Below, piece after piece: positions 1 to 11,837 of a DNA stretch of 64,000 bases. This stretch comes from Macrostomum hystrix (taxonomy: Eukaryota; Animalia; Platyhelminthes): contig CATNEN010000001.1 in NCBI GenBank assembly GCA_950097015.1, positions 22,506,001-22,570,000 of the forward strand, read 5' to 3'. Under the pieces are notes generated by a model. The model was not told where the DNA came from, did not search any database, and saw only the letters and a list, made by a program, of their open reading frames with translations. Position 1 is the stretch's first letter. Each line of letters starts with the position of its first letter. The translations under genes and the position numbers were made by a program.

Positions 1-340
1 CAGATGTTAATACTGACTTCACAGATTCCAAAGCTGATTGACACTGACTGTCCCATCTAAATGTCGCATCGTTGCTGAGCAGTCGATTTATCGGGGACAA
101 AACAGATGACAAGTTTAGGATGAACTTCCCGTAGTAGTTTATGAGCCCAACCAAAGATCTTACTTCGGACACGCTGCTAGGGTTTGGCGCATTTCGCACA
201 GCATTGACCTTGTCTGGCGATGGGTGCAACCTGTCACAGTCGATTATGTGACCCTTGAATTCTACCTTCTGCAGTCGTCTTTGCACTTGTCTTTGTTGAG
301 TTTGACACCCCAGGACTGCAATACTTTCAGTACTTTGTGT
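1..340 (-). pseudogene. Ty3/gypsy pol fragment (RT C-terminus/connection), frameshifted; runs off the window start
   Basis: Minus strand reads LQSWGVKLNKDKCK, then after a frameshift LQKVEFKGHIIDCDRLHPSPDKVNAVRNAPNPSSVSEVRSLVGLINYYGKFILNLSSVLSPINRLL...FRWDSQCQSALESVK. This is the same region as LNASKC...FLGMVKFYSNF in the 2347-6342 polyprotein. Confidence 0.85.
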
Positions 341-835
341 ATCTTCTGATTAATGTTGCTTTTTTAGTTACATTTGCAAGATTATTTTTTGCTACATTAA
401 ATTATGATTGTTCTGTTTTTGGTACTTATGGCCTTGAAATCGTAGCTGTCATTTTCTTCTAAAATAAACATCGACTCGACACAGTTTCTTACTAAACTTT
501 TTTTACAAAGAGTGCTTTAATTATACTTTTAACTGAAACAGAATTTTTGTTGATACAGTTTTCGTTTTTTGTACATTTAATATAGATTTATAACTAAAAT
601 CACGATAACTTAGAGAAGGATTCCTTACCTTGAGCAACCCGATTTTGACAAGGAAATGTACTTTTTTATACTATTTAAATAAAATCTCGACAATGGCAAT
701 GAATCTCATTCGAGCAGTAAGTAGCAGCTTTCATTGGCTCAGGAGCTTTTGCTATTTTGCTCGATATTCAATATTCCAACAACCGCCATGTACCAACTTC
801 TATTTTTTTATACTTATGTTCTCTCTCTCAAATAG

Positions 836-1406
836 GTAGCGCGGCAACAGGCGAGGCGTCTCTGTTCCGAACCATCTGTACGCTACGAAATCAATGAGCT
901 GATCGCGCGGAATTTTCAAGGCCGCTTCAACAGAACAGGCGGGAAGGGCGATCAAGAAAACTCCAAACTTTCTTTCGATACCTGTGGCGAAATTCTGAAA
1001 GGTTTGTACAATGTTCATTGGCTATGTGCATATTGCTATAACTAGAAAATTTGAATTTCAAGATCCAAAATCATAAATTTCGTTTAATAATCGAAATTAT
1101 GAACTCTAAAAATTATAAAGTAAAGCTGTCCTGATTTTAAATATTTTTTCTGCTGCGATGTACCGTTAAGCCTTTACTTACTGCATGTTAATAGACCCAC
1201 TGTAGTTAATAAACCCACTTTTACCTTCAGATTGTCCAGATGCCCTGTCGCCCAAGTTTTCTTTTGAAAAGATCCACAAGGCCATCCAAGGTTTTTTATG
1301 GTGTCTGAAAGCGGAGAAGCGCGCGCACAACAGTCGCGATGCAGAAGCGGCAGAGCAGAGAGGCGCATCCTGTAGCGACGAGTCTACAGCCGGCGATTCG
1401 GAGTAA
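836..1406 (+). CDS. Two terminal exons (836-1001, 1231-1406) of a DUF4806-like protein (accessory gene typical of EnSpm/CMC-type transposons); 5' part not identified
   Basis: AG acceptor at 834-835, GT donor at 1002 and TTCAG acceptor ending at 1230 join in frame: VARQQARRLCSEPSVRYEINELIARNFQGRFNRTGGKGDQENSKLSFDTCGEILK-DCPDALSPKFSFEKIHKAIQGFLWCLKAEKR...stop at 1404-1406. The family call rests on the FNxxG..K..F and EKIxKAIQxWL-like pattern, judged by eye. Confidence 0.45.
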
Positions 1407-1526
1407 CTGATCGCCAGTTGAACTACTAATTCAGGTGAACTACTCAGGTGAGAGAAATTGTGGCTTCATTACGCTCTTCCCGATCTTTTGGCGCCTGGGA
1501 TAAAGCCAACGAATTTTAGAAAAAAA

Positions 1527-1703
1527 TGGGGACGCCACACCACCCTCAATTACCCCAGCTAATGCTTGTACCCATTTGGGTGAGCTGAAGCAATGCTGAG
1601 TTAAGTGTCTAGCTAAAGGACACAAGTTGTACTAGTGTTGTCAGGAATCGAACCTCCCTGCCTTTAAGCGTGAGTGCGACGCTCTAACTTCTAGGCTACA
1701 ACC
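1527..1703 (-). mobile_element. tRNA-derived SINE copy
   Basis: Minus strand begins GGTTGTAGCCTAGAAGTTAGAGCG (A-box-like) and GGTTCGATTCC (B box), followed by GTGTCCTTTAGCTAGACACTTAACTCAGCATTGCTTCAG...AAATGGGTAC. Homologous copies lie at 34.1-35.3 kb. Confidence 0.75.
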
Positions 1704-2060
1704 TCTTAGTAGCTAGATATTATATTATTTGCTAGAAAACTAACTGCTTTGAAAGTTATCTTTCCACACAAAGTATCTCAAACTTAACTTATTGGCAAGC
1801 TTAACTTAACCTTTCACAGGGTAGAAAAGGATGATTGCTGATTAAATGTTTTATATATTCGCTGTGAGTTTAGATTTTTTCTAAAAAAGGGGTCAACGAT
1901 TGCGCCGCGTAGTTCATACACAACGCGGTATCCAAGTGAACATCTCCAAGCCATTTCATTAAATCTTGGCCTACTGCACGATGAAATAATCGCTGAAACA
2001 ATGGCTTCTCAAAAGTTTCAGGGCTGTATCGATCGACTGGTCATAAACGTTAGTGGTCGC

Positions 2061-2215
2061 TGTTGTGCAGTTGATTAATGCACGTACATAGTTCGTACAT
2101 GTACACCTCTGATATCGATTGGCGCAGAATATATATAGTCCAATAACTGAGAGCCAACTTGGCGTGAAAGTTTCGGATACTAACTTGGCTGACTCGCTAC
2201 TATTCATTTACAACA
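2061..2215 (+). repeat. 5' LTR of family A element
   Basis: TGTTGTGCAG...TTTACAACA; no difference seen from 6529-6683. Confidence 0.97.
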
Positions 2216-2346
2216 TTGGCATCGCAAGCTCAAGCGAACACCCACCCCAATAAGCCGGGGTCGGAGTAGACTGAAGTGAAGTGACTGCAAGCCTGCCAAG
2301 CCAAGCGTAAACAACAGCGCCAAACTGCAAAAGTGCAAACTGAAAC

Positions 2347-5300
2347 ATGACGAGTGACAGCAACTCAGCAGAAGCGCCGCGGATCAGCGTATCGCCGCCG
2401 GATCAATTCCTGCCGCAGCCGGGCCGACCGGCGAGGCCGTGGAAAGAGTGGAAGGCCCTCTTTGAGAACTACTTACTTGCGGCCGGCTACGACACTTTGC
2501 CGGAAGCGAGGAGGCGCGCGCTGTTGCTGCACTGCCTTGGCGCGGAAGGGCAGCGAGTCTTTGCGGCTGTGGCAGCAACGAAGAGGCCGAGTCCGACAGA
2601 ACTCGCGGCGACAGTCGCGATTCTGGACGAGCAGTTCGGAGCCAAAGTCAACGTGGTGGCGGAGCGCCACAAGTTTCGGCAGCGCAGTCAGCGTCCGGGT
2701 GAAAAGATTGCGGACTTCGTGGCGGCTCTGTATGCTCTGGCTGGCTCATGTGAGTTCCGCGACATGATGGAAGAAATGATCCGCGACCAGATCGTGGAGA
2801 AGGTCAGCGACAGGCGAATTCGAGAGCGCTTGCTGATCGAGGACGGCCTGACGCTGCAGAAGGCAGTGACGCTGAGCCAGCAATGGGAGACCAGCATCGC
2901 TGAGGCCAGCGCGATAGAGACGGAAGGCGCAGCCGCGGCCGGAGCACAGCTGGAAGAAGAGGTGAAGAGAGTCCGACTACAACCAGACAGGAAGAACACA
3001 GGACAAGGGCGACCAGATCGGGAGTCATGCTCCAAGTGCGGAGGCGGGCACAACAGACGAGCCCGGTGTCCAGCTGAAGGCAAGAGTTGTCATGTCTGCG
3101 GGAAGGCGAACCATTTCGGCCGGATGTGCAGGTCGCAGGGCGCCAAGGTCGCCGAGGTCATGGACGAGAGCGGCCAAGCCGTGTACATGGTGCGCGGCGC
3201 CTCCAGTCCCGACATCCGCTGCCGGCTGAAGGTGCATGGCATCTGGCTGAATCTGCTTGTAGACTCGGGAGCCAAGGTGTCCATCCTGTCAGAGAGGACC
3301 TTCAGGAAGCTCGGAAACCGGTCGCCACTCCAGCCGTCGACCAAGAAACTCATCGCGTACAACGGCAAGGCAATCGATGTCGTCGGCGAGGCGGTGCTGT
3401 CCGTCAGCTATCGCGGCCAGCTGGTGCCATTTTTCTGCTTTACCGTGGTACGGCAAGGCTCCGACATCATGGGAACGGATCTGATGCAGCACCTCAGCTT
3501 CCAGGTGGTGGACAAGGACGGCGACCTCGTGCGCACAGTCGAAAAAACGGCAGAGCTACCGGTCTGGCTGGCCGAGCGCTTCAAGCCACTGACGCAGGGA
3601 CTCGGGCGGATCCGAGGATTCGAGCACCGGCCCAGGCTGAACCCCGCCGTGCCCCCGGTGGCGCAATCGCTACGCCGCATCCCACTTAGCATCAAAGACA
3701 AAGTCCAGGCGGAGATTGACCAGCTGCTGGAGGATGACATCATCGAGGAGATCCAGGCTTCAGAGTGGATTTCGAACCTGGTGATCGTCCCGAAGCCTGA
3801 TGGCAAAATCAGGGTCTGCAATGACCTCAGGTGCCCAAACAAGGCCATAGTTCCGGATAAGCAGCCGCTGCCGACATTCGAGGAGCTGACAACGGAGTTC
3901 AAGGGCTCGACCGTGTTCACTAAGCTGGATTTAAATTCTTCGTATCTGCAGTTGGAGCTAGCAGAAGATAGGCGGGACTTAACGGCCTTCATTACGGAGA
4001 AAGGGCTGTACCGGTACAAGCGCGTATGCTATGGCCTAAACAGCGCCCCGGCGGCCTTCCAGAAAGTTCTCAGCAAGATTCTCCATGGCTGTTCCGGGAC
4101 GCTGCACTACATCGACGACATAGTGGTGCACGCTGCCAACGAGGCGGAGCACCTGCGGCGGCTCACGACAGTGCTGGACAAGCTGCTCGCCCATGGCGTC
4201 ACGCTCAACGCCTCAAAGTGCCAGTGGGCTGCAGAGACAGTGCAGTTCCTGGGCTACATCGTCTCCGCGAGAGGACTTCAGCCGATGCAGTCTAACGTTG
4301 AAGACATCGAGGCGGTGCCGGAGCCCCAGAACGCCGAGGCAGTGGCCTCATTTCTGGGAATGGTTAAATTCTATTCCAACTTTCTGCACAACCTGTCCGA
4401 CATCGCCGAGCCGCTGCTGCTGCTACTTCGCAAAGAGCAGCCCTGGAACTGGACAACAGATTGCCAAAAGGCCTTTTGGAGGCTCAAGAAGATGGTGGTG
4501 TCCCCAACATGCTTGCGATTCTTCAGTCCCGACGACAAGATCATCGTGGCCTGCGACAGCTCCGCGCACGCTCTGGGGGCCGTGCTGATGCAAGACGACA
4601 GCGCCGGGGTTCGAAGACCAGTCGCTTTCGCGTCAAGGACCCTGTCAGCGACCGAGCGCAAGTACTCCGCATCAGAGAGAGAGGCTCTCGCGTGCATCTT
4701 CGCGTGCGAGAGATGGCACTATTTCCTGTTCGGCCGGAGATTCGAGCTGCACACGGACCACCAGGCTCTGACGACGCTGCTGACGGCTCAAGGCAGCGGC
4801 CACCGGCCTCTGCGGCTTCATCGATGGGCCGACCGCCTGCTCGCGTACGACTTCCAAGTCTGCCACGTTCCTGGCAAGAAGAACATCGTGCCAGATTTTT
4901 TGTCGCGCCACGGCGCTCTCGAAGGAAAATGCCCAAGGCAAAGCGAAGAGGACTCGACCGAGCTCCAAGTGAATGCCGTACTGCTATCGGGCGCGCTGGA
5001 GATTGTCAGTCCAAGCGAACTGGCCGAGGCATCCCTGCAGGACCCGGTGATCAATGATGCGGTCACAATGACGCTCCAGGGGTGGCCTAACTCCATCAAG
5101 CAGCTGAAGCCGGAGCTGCAGCCGTTCTGGAGGATGCGGACGCAACTGGCGCTCTGGAATGACGGCAAGTGCCTGGCCAACGGCACCCGAGCAGTAATCC
5201 CCGCATCCCTGAGGGAGAAGACGCTGCAGCTGGCGCATTTCGGGCACCTCGGCGTGAGCAAAATGAAGCAGCATTGCCGGGACGCAGTCTGGTGGCCGCA

Positions 5301-6342
5301 AATCGATCAGCATATCGAGGAATTTGTGCGACATTGCGAGGCCTGCCTGCTTAGCGAGAAGAACTTTAAGCCACCCAAGACGGTCCTGACCCCTACGAAG
5401 TGGCCGACGCGTCCATGGGAGGAACTCCAGCTCGACATCTTCGGGGAGCTGCACTCTGCGCCGAACTCCTGTCGCTTCATCCTGGTGCTGTACGATTTGC
5501 ATTCAAAGTGGCCGGAGGCTGCCTGCATGTCGACTGTCACAAGCGCGGATGTCATCGACGCCCTGACAACGTGGTTTAGCCGCTGGGGCCTGCCGAAGAG
5601 CATTAAAACAGACGGAGGTCCGCAGTTCGTGTCCGGCGATTTTGAGGATTTTCTTCAGCGCTGCGGCATCCGGCACCGGCAGTCACCGCACTACCACCCC
5701 CAGGGCAACGCGGCCGTAGAGCGCTTCAACCGTTTTCTCAAGGACGGCCTAAAGACGCACCTAGAGGAGTGCTACGACTTCAAGGACGCGGTGAAGACGC
5801 TGCTGTGGTCGTACAGGGCCACCCCGCATGCACTGACTGGAGTGTCACCGGCGGAGCTCATGACAGGCCGGAAGATCAGCACCCCGTTGACAGCTCTGCA
5901 GCCAAGGACAACAGCGCGGCACAGACTGGCGGCCAGCATCAAGCGGAGGCAGCAGCGCGTTTTCGATCAGCTCAACACGACCCGGAGGCCGCCGCCCACG
6001 TTCATAGTCGGCGACTGGGTGCGCGTGAAGCGGCCGTTCGCCCGCGGCAAGCTGAGCAGCCGCCTGTCCGAGCCACGGCAGATCTCCCGGATCGCGAGCG
6101 CGACCACCGTCATCCTCAGCGATGGCTCCCGCTGGCACGTCGACAACTGCGTCCGGGTACCGCGGCCAGCCGGAGCGCTGCCGCACTGGCCAGCGCCGGC
6201 TCCCAGCGCAGCCGGGACAGCCGCGGAGGCGGCGACGGCGGCAGACCCAGCGAGACAGCAGCAGCCAGCCCAGACGGCGATCCGAGTGAGCTCAAGGCCG
6301 CGAGCGCCGCCGCAATGGTACGGTGAAATCGTGACTCACTGA
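2347..6342 (+). CDS. Gag-Pol polyprotein, 1331 aa (CA, two CCHC knuckles, protease, RT, RNase H, integrase)
   Basis: CSKCGGGH..C and CHVCGKANHFGRMC knuckles; LVDSGA protease; YIDD RT; CDSS...SEREALA...TDHQAL RNase H; H-GHLG...CEAC and LDIF / TDGGPQF / GNAAVERFN integrase; uninterrupted. Confidence 0.97.
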   Translation: MTSDSNSAEAPRISVSPPDQFLPQPGRPARPWKEWKALFENYLLAAGYDTLPEARRRALLLHCLGAEGQRVFAAVAATKRPSPTELAATVAILDEQFGAKVNVVAERHKFRQRSQRPGEKIADFVAALYALAGSCEFRDMMEEMIRDQIVEKVSDRRIRERLLIEDGLTLQKAVTLSQQWETSIAEASAIETEGAAAAGAQLEEEVKRVRLQPDRKNTGQGRPDRESCSKCGGGHNRRARCPAEGKSCHVCGKANHFGRMCRSQGAKVAEVMDESGQAVYMVRGASSPDIRCRLKVHGIWLNLLVDSGAKVSILSERTFRKLGNRSPLQPSTKKLIAYNGKAIDVVGEAVLSVSYRGQLVPFFCFTVVRQGSDIMGTDLMQHLSFQVVDKDGDLVRTVEKTAELPVWLAERFKPLTQGLGRIRGFEHRPRLNPAVPPVAQSLRRIPLSIKDKVQAEIDQLLEDDIIEEIQASEWISNLVIVPKPDGKIRVCNDLRCPNKAIVPDKQPLPTFEELTTEFKGSTVFTKLDLNSSYLQLELAEDRRDLTAFITEKGLYRYKRVCYGLNSAPAAFQKVLSKILHGCSGTLHYIDDIVVHAANEAEHLRRLTTVLDKLLAHGVTLNASKCQWAAETVQFLGYIVSARGLQPMQSNVEDIEAVPEPQNAEAVASFLGMVKFYSNFLHNLSDIAEPLLLLLRKEQPWNWTTDCQKAFWRLKKMVVSPTCLRFFSPDDKIIVACDSSAHALGAVLMQDDSAGVRRPVAFASRTLSATERKYSASEREALACIFACERWHYFLFGRRFELHTDHQALTTLLTAQGSGHRPLRLHRWADRLLAYDFQVCHVPGKKNIVPDFLSRHGALEGKCPRQSEEDSTELQVNAVLLSGALEIVSPSELAEASLQDPVINDAVTMTLQGWPNSIKQLKPELQPFWRMRTQLALWNDGKCLANGTRAVIPASLREKTLQLAHFGHLGVSKMKQHCRDAVWWPQIDQHIEEFVRHCEACLLSEKNFKPPKTVLTPTKWPTRPWEELQLDIFGELHSAPNSCRFILVLYDLHSKWPEAACMSTVTSADVIDALTTWFSRWGLPKSIKTDGGPQFVSGDFEDFLQRCGIRHRQSPHYHPQGNAAVERFNRFLKDGLKTHLEECYDFKDAVKTLLWSYRATPHALTGVSPAELMTGRKISTPLTALQPRTTARHRLAASIKRRQQRVFDQLNTTRRPPPTFIVGDWVRVKRPFARGKLSSRLSEPRQISRIASATTVILSDGSRWHVDNCVRVPRPAGALPHWPAPAPSAAGTAAEAATAADPARQQQPAQTAIRVSSRPRAPPQWYGEIVTH

Positions 6343-6528
6343 CTCGTTTTTTAGTGACGGTTATTCAGCTGTTATTAGCGATCAGCTGTTTCGATTTAAT
6401 TCTCTTTGAAGTACCTGATGCATAAAAAGATCATTTTACTCCTTCGATGCTTGGTAATGCACTTTTATTTCCTGCTCAATATTTGCATAATTATTTTCGT
6501 TGCTCTATCCTTTGAAAGGGAAGGTGAA

Positions 6529-6683
6529 TGTTGTGCAGTTGATTAATGCACGTACATAGTTCGTACATGTACACCTCTGATATCGATTGGCGCAGAATAT
6601 ATATAGTCCAATAACTGAGAGCCAACTTGGCGTGAAAGTTTCGGATACTAACTTGGCTGACTCGCTACTATTCATTTACAACA
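6529..6683 (+). repeat. 3' LTR of family A element
   Basis: Direct repeat of 2061-2215, followed by the TSD GTCGC. Confidence 0.97.
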
Positions 6684-7182
6684 GTCGCCACGATGTACAG
6701 CCTCAGCAGCAGTTCTACATAGTAATGGAATGTAGAACTAGAGCAAGATTAGAGCAAGATTTCATAATGGCGTTCGAATTCCAGCCAACTCTCAATTTTA
6801 TTGGCAGGATGTTGTGCTTCCACCGTACTCACCATTTTTAAATCCTGTGGAATCTGCGCACAGTTGTTTAAAAGCCGCGATCAAGCAGCATCTGGCGCTT
6901 CCGGCAGTCAAAGCCGAACTGGACGGTCAATCTCTACAAATTACCCTCAGTCAATGGCGAGTTGCTGTTTTAATCCGGATCGTCGAAGAATCGACTTGCA
7001 TGTTGACAGCAGCGAAGTGCGGTGGTTGGAACCGCCAGATGATGCGCTTCATTCCTAGATGCATCGCTGGAGATTCGATTTTATAAGTCATAGCTCGCAT
7101 ACCAAAGTCTCGTAGAACAGAGGACTACTTAGGTTAGGAAGTCAACGAGAACTGTATATTATGACATTATTCCTTATAATTC

Positions 7183-7260
7183 TGATGTGCTGTAGTCTGC
7201 TGAGCAGCCTCCAGGCAATCTGTGGAGTCAGCGCTGCCCTGGTGCTGTGGGGGGCATGTG
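7183..7260 (+). repeat. Diverged 5' end of a family-B-related LTR
   Basis: TGATGTGCTGTAGTCTGCTGAGCAGCCTCCAGGCAATCTGTG matches the LTR starts at 23491 and 56973. Confidence 0.75.
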
Positions 7261-8344
7261 AGTAGGAAGTCTGCGGTTACCCGTGCGGTTAAGTGCAGGT
7301 AAGTGTTGTATAGGAATAGTTAGGTTAGGTAGTGGTGGTGAGGATAGAATATAATTGGTTGGCTTTTCGATAGCAGACTGCCGTATGGTCAGCGATATGA
7401 AATCGAATGTTTAGAAAGAAGCATAGGCTATAATTGAGAATAAAAGCGTGTTGGGCATAAGATCAACAATTGCTGGTCTAGAGTATAGCTGAAACGATAA
7501 TACAGCAAGAGTTGCTTTAAATTGACAATTTCACTTGTCAAGTAGGCAAAAATTAAGCCAAGCAATTCATGCTATTTATTGATTCACTTATGCTCAAAAT
7601 TACCCCTACTGCCAGTTTATATTGCTGCAATGTTGTCAATGTTACTATTATGTTACCTTTCAATGTATATATTGTTCAAATGTTGCGGCAATGTTGAAAC
7701 GGCAATTTGTTTTCTTTTTCTTTTCATCAATTCCCTACTTATAGTAGCACTAAGAAAACATTAAAGAATGGAGCTATTTTGCAGGGTTAGCTCAAATTAT
7801 GGTGAAAGTTTTGCTTGGTCACATATATTATAATATTATGACTATACCCATTTAAAAAAATAACCGCATTCTCAATAATTAGAACTGCAATTTATGTTTT
7901 TTGTTAAAATTTTTCAATTTATTTTGATCATGCAAAAATATTCGTGCATTTTATAACATAAAATATAGATTTTACTCTGTGGGTGTTCGCGGCATGTTTG
8001 TTTGTGGTTGTTTGTATCTAGGCATAGATTAGATTAGCCATATAAAAATTCTAAATGGGTAATTCCATATTAGACTTAGAGTCCTATTTCCAAAAAATGA
8101 AAATTTGTACAAAAAGTTATAGACAATCAGCAAAAAATTGAAATTGATATGTCCCTAAGTCTTTTGTCATGCTGTTATCCCAACTCATCTATTATGCATT
8201 TGTAGTCAATTTTATTATCTTCTATAAATCTTAGTCATTTTAGTGTTTAATAGATATTTTTTTAAATCAAATGAAATTCCATGATTTGTTGTTACATTAG
8301 AACATGGAAGTTTAGCTCCTTATAGGCCTACCTTCACTTTAAGA

Positions 8345-8370
8345 ATATATATATATATATATATATATAT
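8345..8370. repeat. (AT)n microsatellite
   Basis: 13 AT units. Confidence 0.9.
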
Positions 8371-9956
8371 CTGATATTTGAATATTGCGACTTTACTATA
8401 TATAGGCCTATAGCATCAACTTTCAATATGCACATTGCATGGCAGAATTTACACTATGAGATAGGAAGCATCTTTCATTATAAAAAATTAAAATTTGAGG
8501 TTAACCCTGTCCTGTCTATTTTCCATGGGTTTGAGTAAATTTTTGTCTTTTTGATAGATTTCAATACCTTTGCGATTTCAACACAAGTGCTATCTTCTTT
8601 CTATCATTAAAATAGTAACACTGTCCACCATGCCCACAAGTGTGGCATAATAAATTATGTTATTATGTTAATAGTTAATATTTGTTATAGATGAAATCAA
8701 ATATAACAATGAATTTTAAAATAAGTAGAAAATAAGACAGATTATTATAAACCTTGGTGTACTGTAAACAAAAACGAGTCGATCGATGGTTAGCTTGAAC
8801 AAACCGACAAAAAAACACTCACATCTCGTGAGTGGCCTTCTGTGCTCATTTATTATAGATTTCACAAGCAGCAGGCTCAAGCGGAGGGGGTGGACGATGC
8901 CACTGCACGTCAAACAGGTTAGGGGTGAGAAAGTTAAGTACGCATGCGAGCTAAATGGAATATTTGATGTACATTAAAATGAGACCATGACAAAATAAAT
9001 GAAAGAACCCCTGCCTTCAATTCACTTGGAATAAATAATCCTGCTACAAAATATGAATTTTAACAACTGTTATCTACAATTGTTTGCAAAATGTTAGACA
9101 TATTAGCCTTTTTATGATTTTTACCACTATTTTCTGATGTTGTCTTTTTAATGAAATCAGTCATTACATTTGTATATTCTACAGTTTTTGCAAGATAAAG
9201 GCTTCTATTAAAAGATTGTAAACTACAAATTTTCTGCAAAAGACAATTTTTTAAATTTAGTAAGCTCTCAAAGCCACTGGCTCTTTATATCAATATGAAA
9301 CTTTCGTAGTAATAGGTGTTAATGTTAGAATGTTAGTCATTGTGCCTTTTCAAAATAGAATAGTTGTGCAATGGCCAATAGTTAGCCATTGTCATTTATT
9401 ATTGTTGATATTGTCTATATTATAATTATTTTTATATGTAGATGTTTAAAATTTAATGTACTATTTCACTAAGTTTATTGCCCTAGATTAGATCCTGAGA
9501 TACAAAAGAAGTATATTTATATTTTTCAGTTGAAATCTCATGGATGATAAGAGTTACAGCAAGCGTACCTTTCAAATGAAGGCCCTAGGCAATATAAAGA
9601 GATCCAAGCATTATGAGCATCAGCTCATTTGGAGAGATCTATAAGTGTTTCTCATCAACTAGAAGATGCCATTGCTGAACAACAAGAAGCCGAACACTTG
9701 GTTCAAGCCCATGAAGTTGAACACCATGAAGCCCAGTACCATGCCCACGCCCAACTACATAAATCTGAGCAAAATGGAGTCTCCAATGACTGCATGGAAC
9801 AAGAAGACAAAGATTTGTTGACAGAAGTTGCAAATGTGAATGATCTACCTGGTAAGTTGCTGCAGTCTCTTAAACTGTAACATTACTGACCTAATGTTAA
9901 AATGAATGCATTGATTTATTGTAGAACCTTCATCATTTTTATTTTAGTTCCTAGTA

Positions 9957-9985
9957 CTAGCAAGTTTTGCCCCCCTTCGGGGAGC
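9957..9985 (-). terminator. Helitron 3' terminus: hairpin plus CTAG
   Basis: Minus strand reads GCTCCCC-GAA-GGGGGGC (7-bp stem with one G-T pair), 8 nt, then CTAG|T. This fits the Helitron hairpin + CTRR + T-target rule. Confidence 0.75.
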
Positions 9986-11466
9986 CATATTCAGTACTCA
10001 AAAGTGAAAATACTACGATAATGTTCTCTATTTAAAATAGGCTTTTTTGGAGATCGTTAATAACGCATTTTAGGTAAAACAAAACTATCAACTTTTTACG
10101 GTTTCTTAGTTTAGAGCCTTTTATGTCAACGTTTTTTGATAAAATGATCTTACCAATTTCATACATAAAATTGTTCAGAGCGCTTTTTTAGTTGTTACTG
10201 AAAATGAAATGAAATTTTATTTCAAGAAATTCCTACTATCCGAGAAATGTACTTGCTTTATTCCGATTTTCTTGTTGCTTGTATTGCTCATGTGTACTAC
10301 AGTTTTATACACATCCAGACAAATTTTTTACTTTCTTCATTTGTAAGTGAATTTCTAAGCCCTGCTCATCGTACTAACTGCGACTGCAATGTTCCGAACA
10401 ATAAGTAGCTCAGCATTGCAACTATTGCCCTTGAATGAGGCCCCTATTATAATAATAAATGACTTAAAGAGTCAGTTCAATGCAGCTATCTCATTGTGAA
10501 TGGACTTTGCAAAAGCAACTGGAGCTACATCCTTCGACCTTTGGTTTGACGCTTTTAATAAAGCTAACACTGGCTATATATGGCTATGATATATGATATA
10601 TATTATCATACTAAATTTCCCGACCCCCTCTCTTTTCTAGTCACACTCCTCAGCAGACTTCTCTTTTCTTATTTGCCTCATTCACATTGTCAAATCTTAT
10701 TTTGAATCTTACATATTACATTTTACATAAAAGTCTATTTCAAATTAGATCCCATTTTGATAGTTCATAATTGATAGCTAATATCAATGGCTAATTAAAT
10801 ATCAATGGATCAATTTCTAATCTCCTTTCTTTTTCTTAATAATTCCAGTTCTCATCAGATCCTATTTCTCATCTGACCTCTTTTCTTAGTAATCCATTAT
10901 GTATCATTCTTCATTACAAATGCATGCCTGACAATTTGTCTTTTAAAATAGAATAAGGGAATTACCAGGAGTGCAGATTCATGAATCATGGGACTGGTCT
11001 TTGTAGGCTAAAACATTTATTTGTATCTCTTCAATTACAAAACACATTTAAAACAACAAAACAACAACAATTAAGTCAGCATTCGGCAAAATTATTATTA
11101 TACAAATACATATCATTATCATTATGACGTTATAAGAAAACAAACTCAAAATGTAAAGAATTCAATGCAATAAAAAAACTGGATTGCGCCTAAAAATATT
11201 TACACAAACAGTAAACATGATAAACTTGCAGAAGGCTCCGCCAACAAGACAGTATCATTGCACAGTTCATTGCATTTGACTGCAAGAATAATGGTGTCAA
11301 TCCTACTGCTTGTTGGCTTGCTTTACTCTGCACTGCTGGTCAGAGGCATTCACTGGGGCAAGTTAAGTTCACATTCTCAACGTCACACAAAAAGCTTTAC
11401 TGCTTGGGAAGCATTCACAGCCGGGGTCGGCATTAAGCAAGTTCATTCACTCTTGCCACAGCACAG

Positions 11467-11761
11467 CAACATGCTTAGTCGGCCGTCACAAGATTTAAGG
11501 TCTGCGATTAGGCTGCTTCAGAACATGGCTGCGTACCCTCCATTTTACCGTGGAAGAACCTCTGAATCGTGATAAGCAGCGAACACGTATTTCAACCACG
11601 TCTCTCAAGGCCCATTGATATGCAGTCAACCTGCTCCAAAAGGAACAGGATTTACGCTGATGTGACTCATTGGGCCAATGGGCAGAGCTCAACTATCATG
11701 CACCATTTACACATCAGGCGGCTCAACTTGTGATGGCGACTCACTGCAACATCTCACAGAC
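11467..11761. repeat. 295-bp direct repeat, copy 1 (copy 2 at 16953-17247)
   Basis: CAACATGCTTAGTCGGCC...CATCTCACAGAC, near-identical between copies; the ORF track gives near-identical 65-aa translations for both. Confidence 0.95.
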
Positions 11762-11837
11762 ACAATTACACAGCAACTGTCTCACCCATGCTACACTCAA
11801 TCTGAGTAGTTTAGGTTGAAATCCTTGTCCGAACCAA

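Larger units (their letters stand above)
2061..6683 (+). mobile_element. Full-length Ty3/gypsy LTR retrotransposon, Mag-like (family A)
   Basis: 155-bp TG...CA LTRs; 5-bp TSD GTCGC (2056-2060 and 6684-6688); PBS-like TGGCATCGC from 2217; PPT GAAAGGGAAGGTGAA at 6514-6528; single gag-pol ORF. Confidence 0.97.
1885..7086 (+). pseudogene. Degenerate Tc1/mariner (IS630-Tc1-mariner, DDE_3) transposase, split by the gypsy insertion into ~1885-2060 and 6689-7086
   Basis: The canonical LPPYSPFLNPVE motif lies at ~6815-6850. The frame AISLNLGLLHDEII...LVINVSGR continues after the TSD as HDVQPQQQFYIVME. Frameshifts are present. Confidence 0.8.

Noticed and set aside
2354-6326. Many overlapping alternative-frame and antisense ORFs in GC-rich retroelement genes (also at 19.5-21.2, 24-30 and 57-64 kb)
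   Set aside because: Expected shadows of GC-rich coding sequence; no motifs.
9530-9956. Host gene exon (His/Glu-rich ORF 9629-9880)
   Set aside because: Splice-like boundaries are present, but there are in-frame stops upstream and no recognisable domain, and it is cut by the Helitron end.
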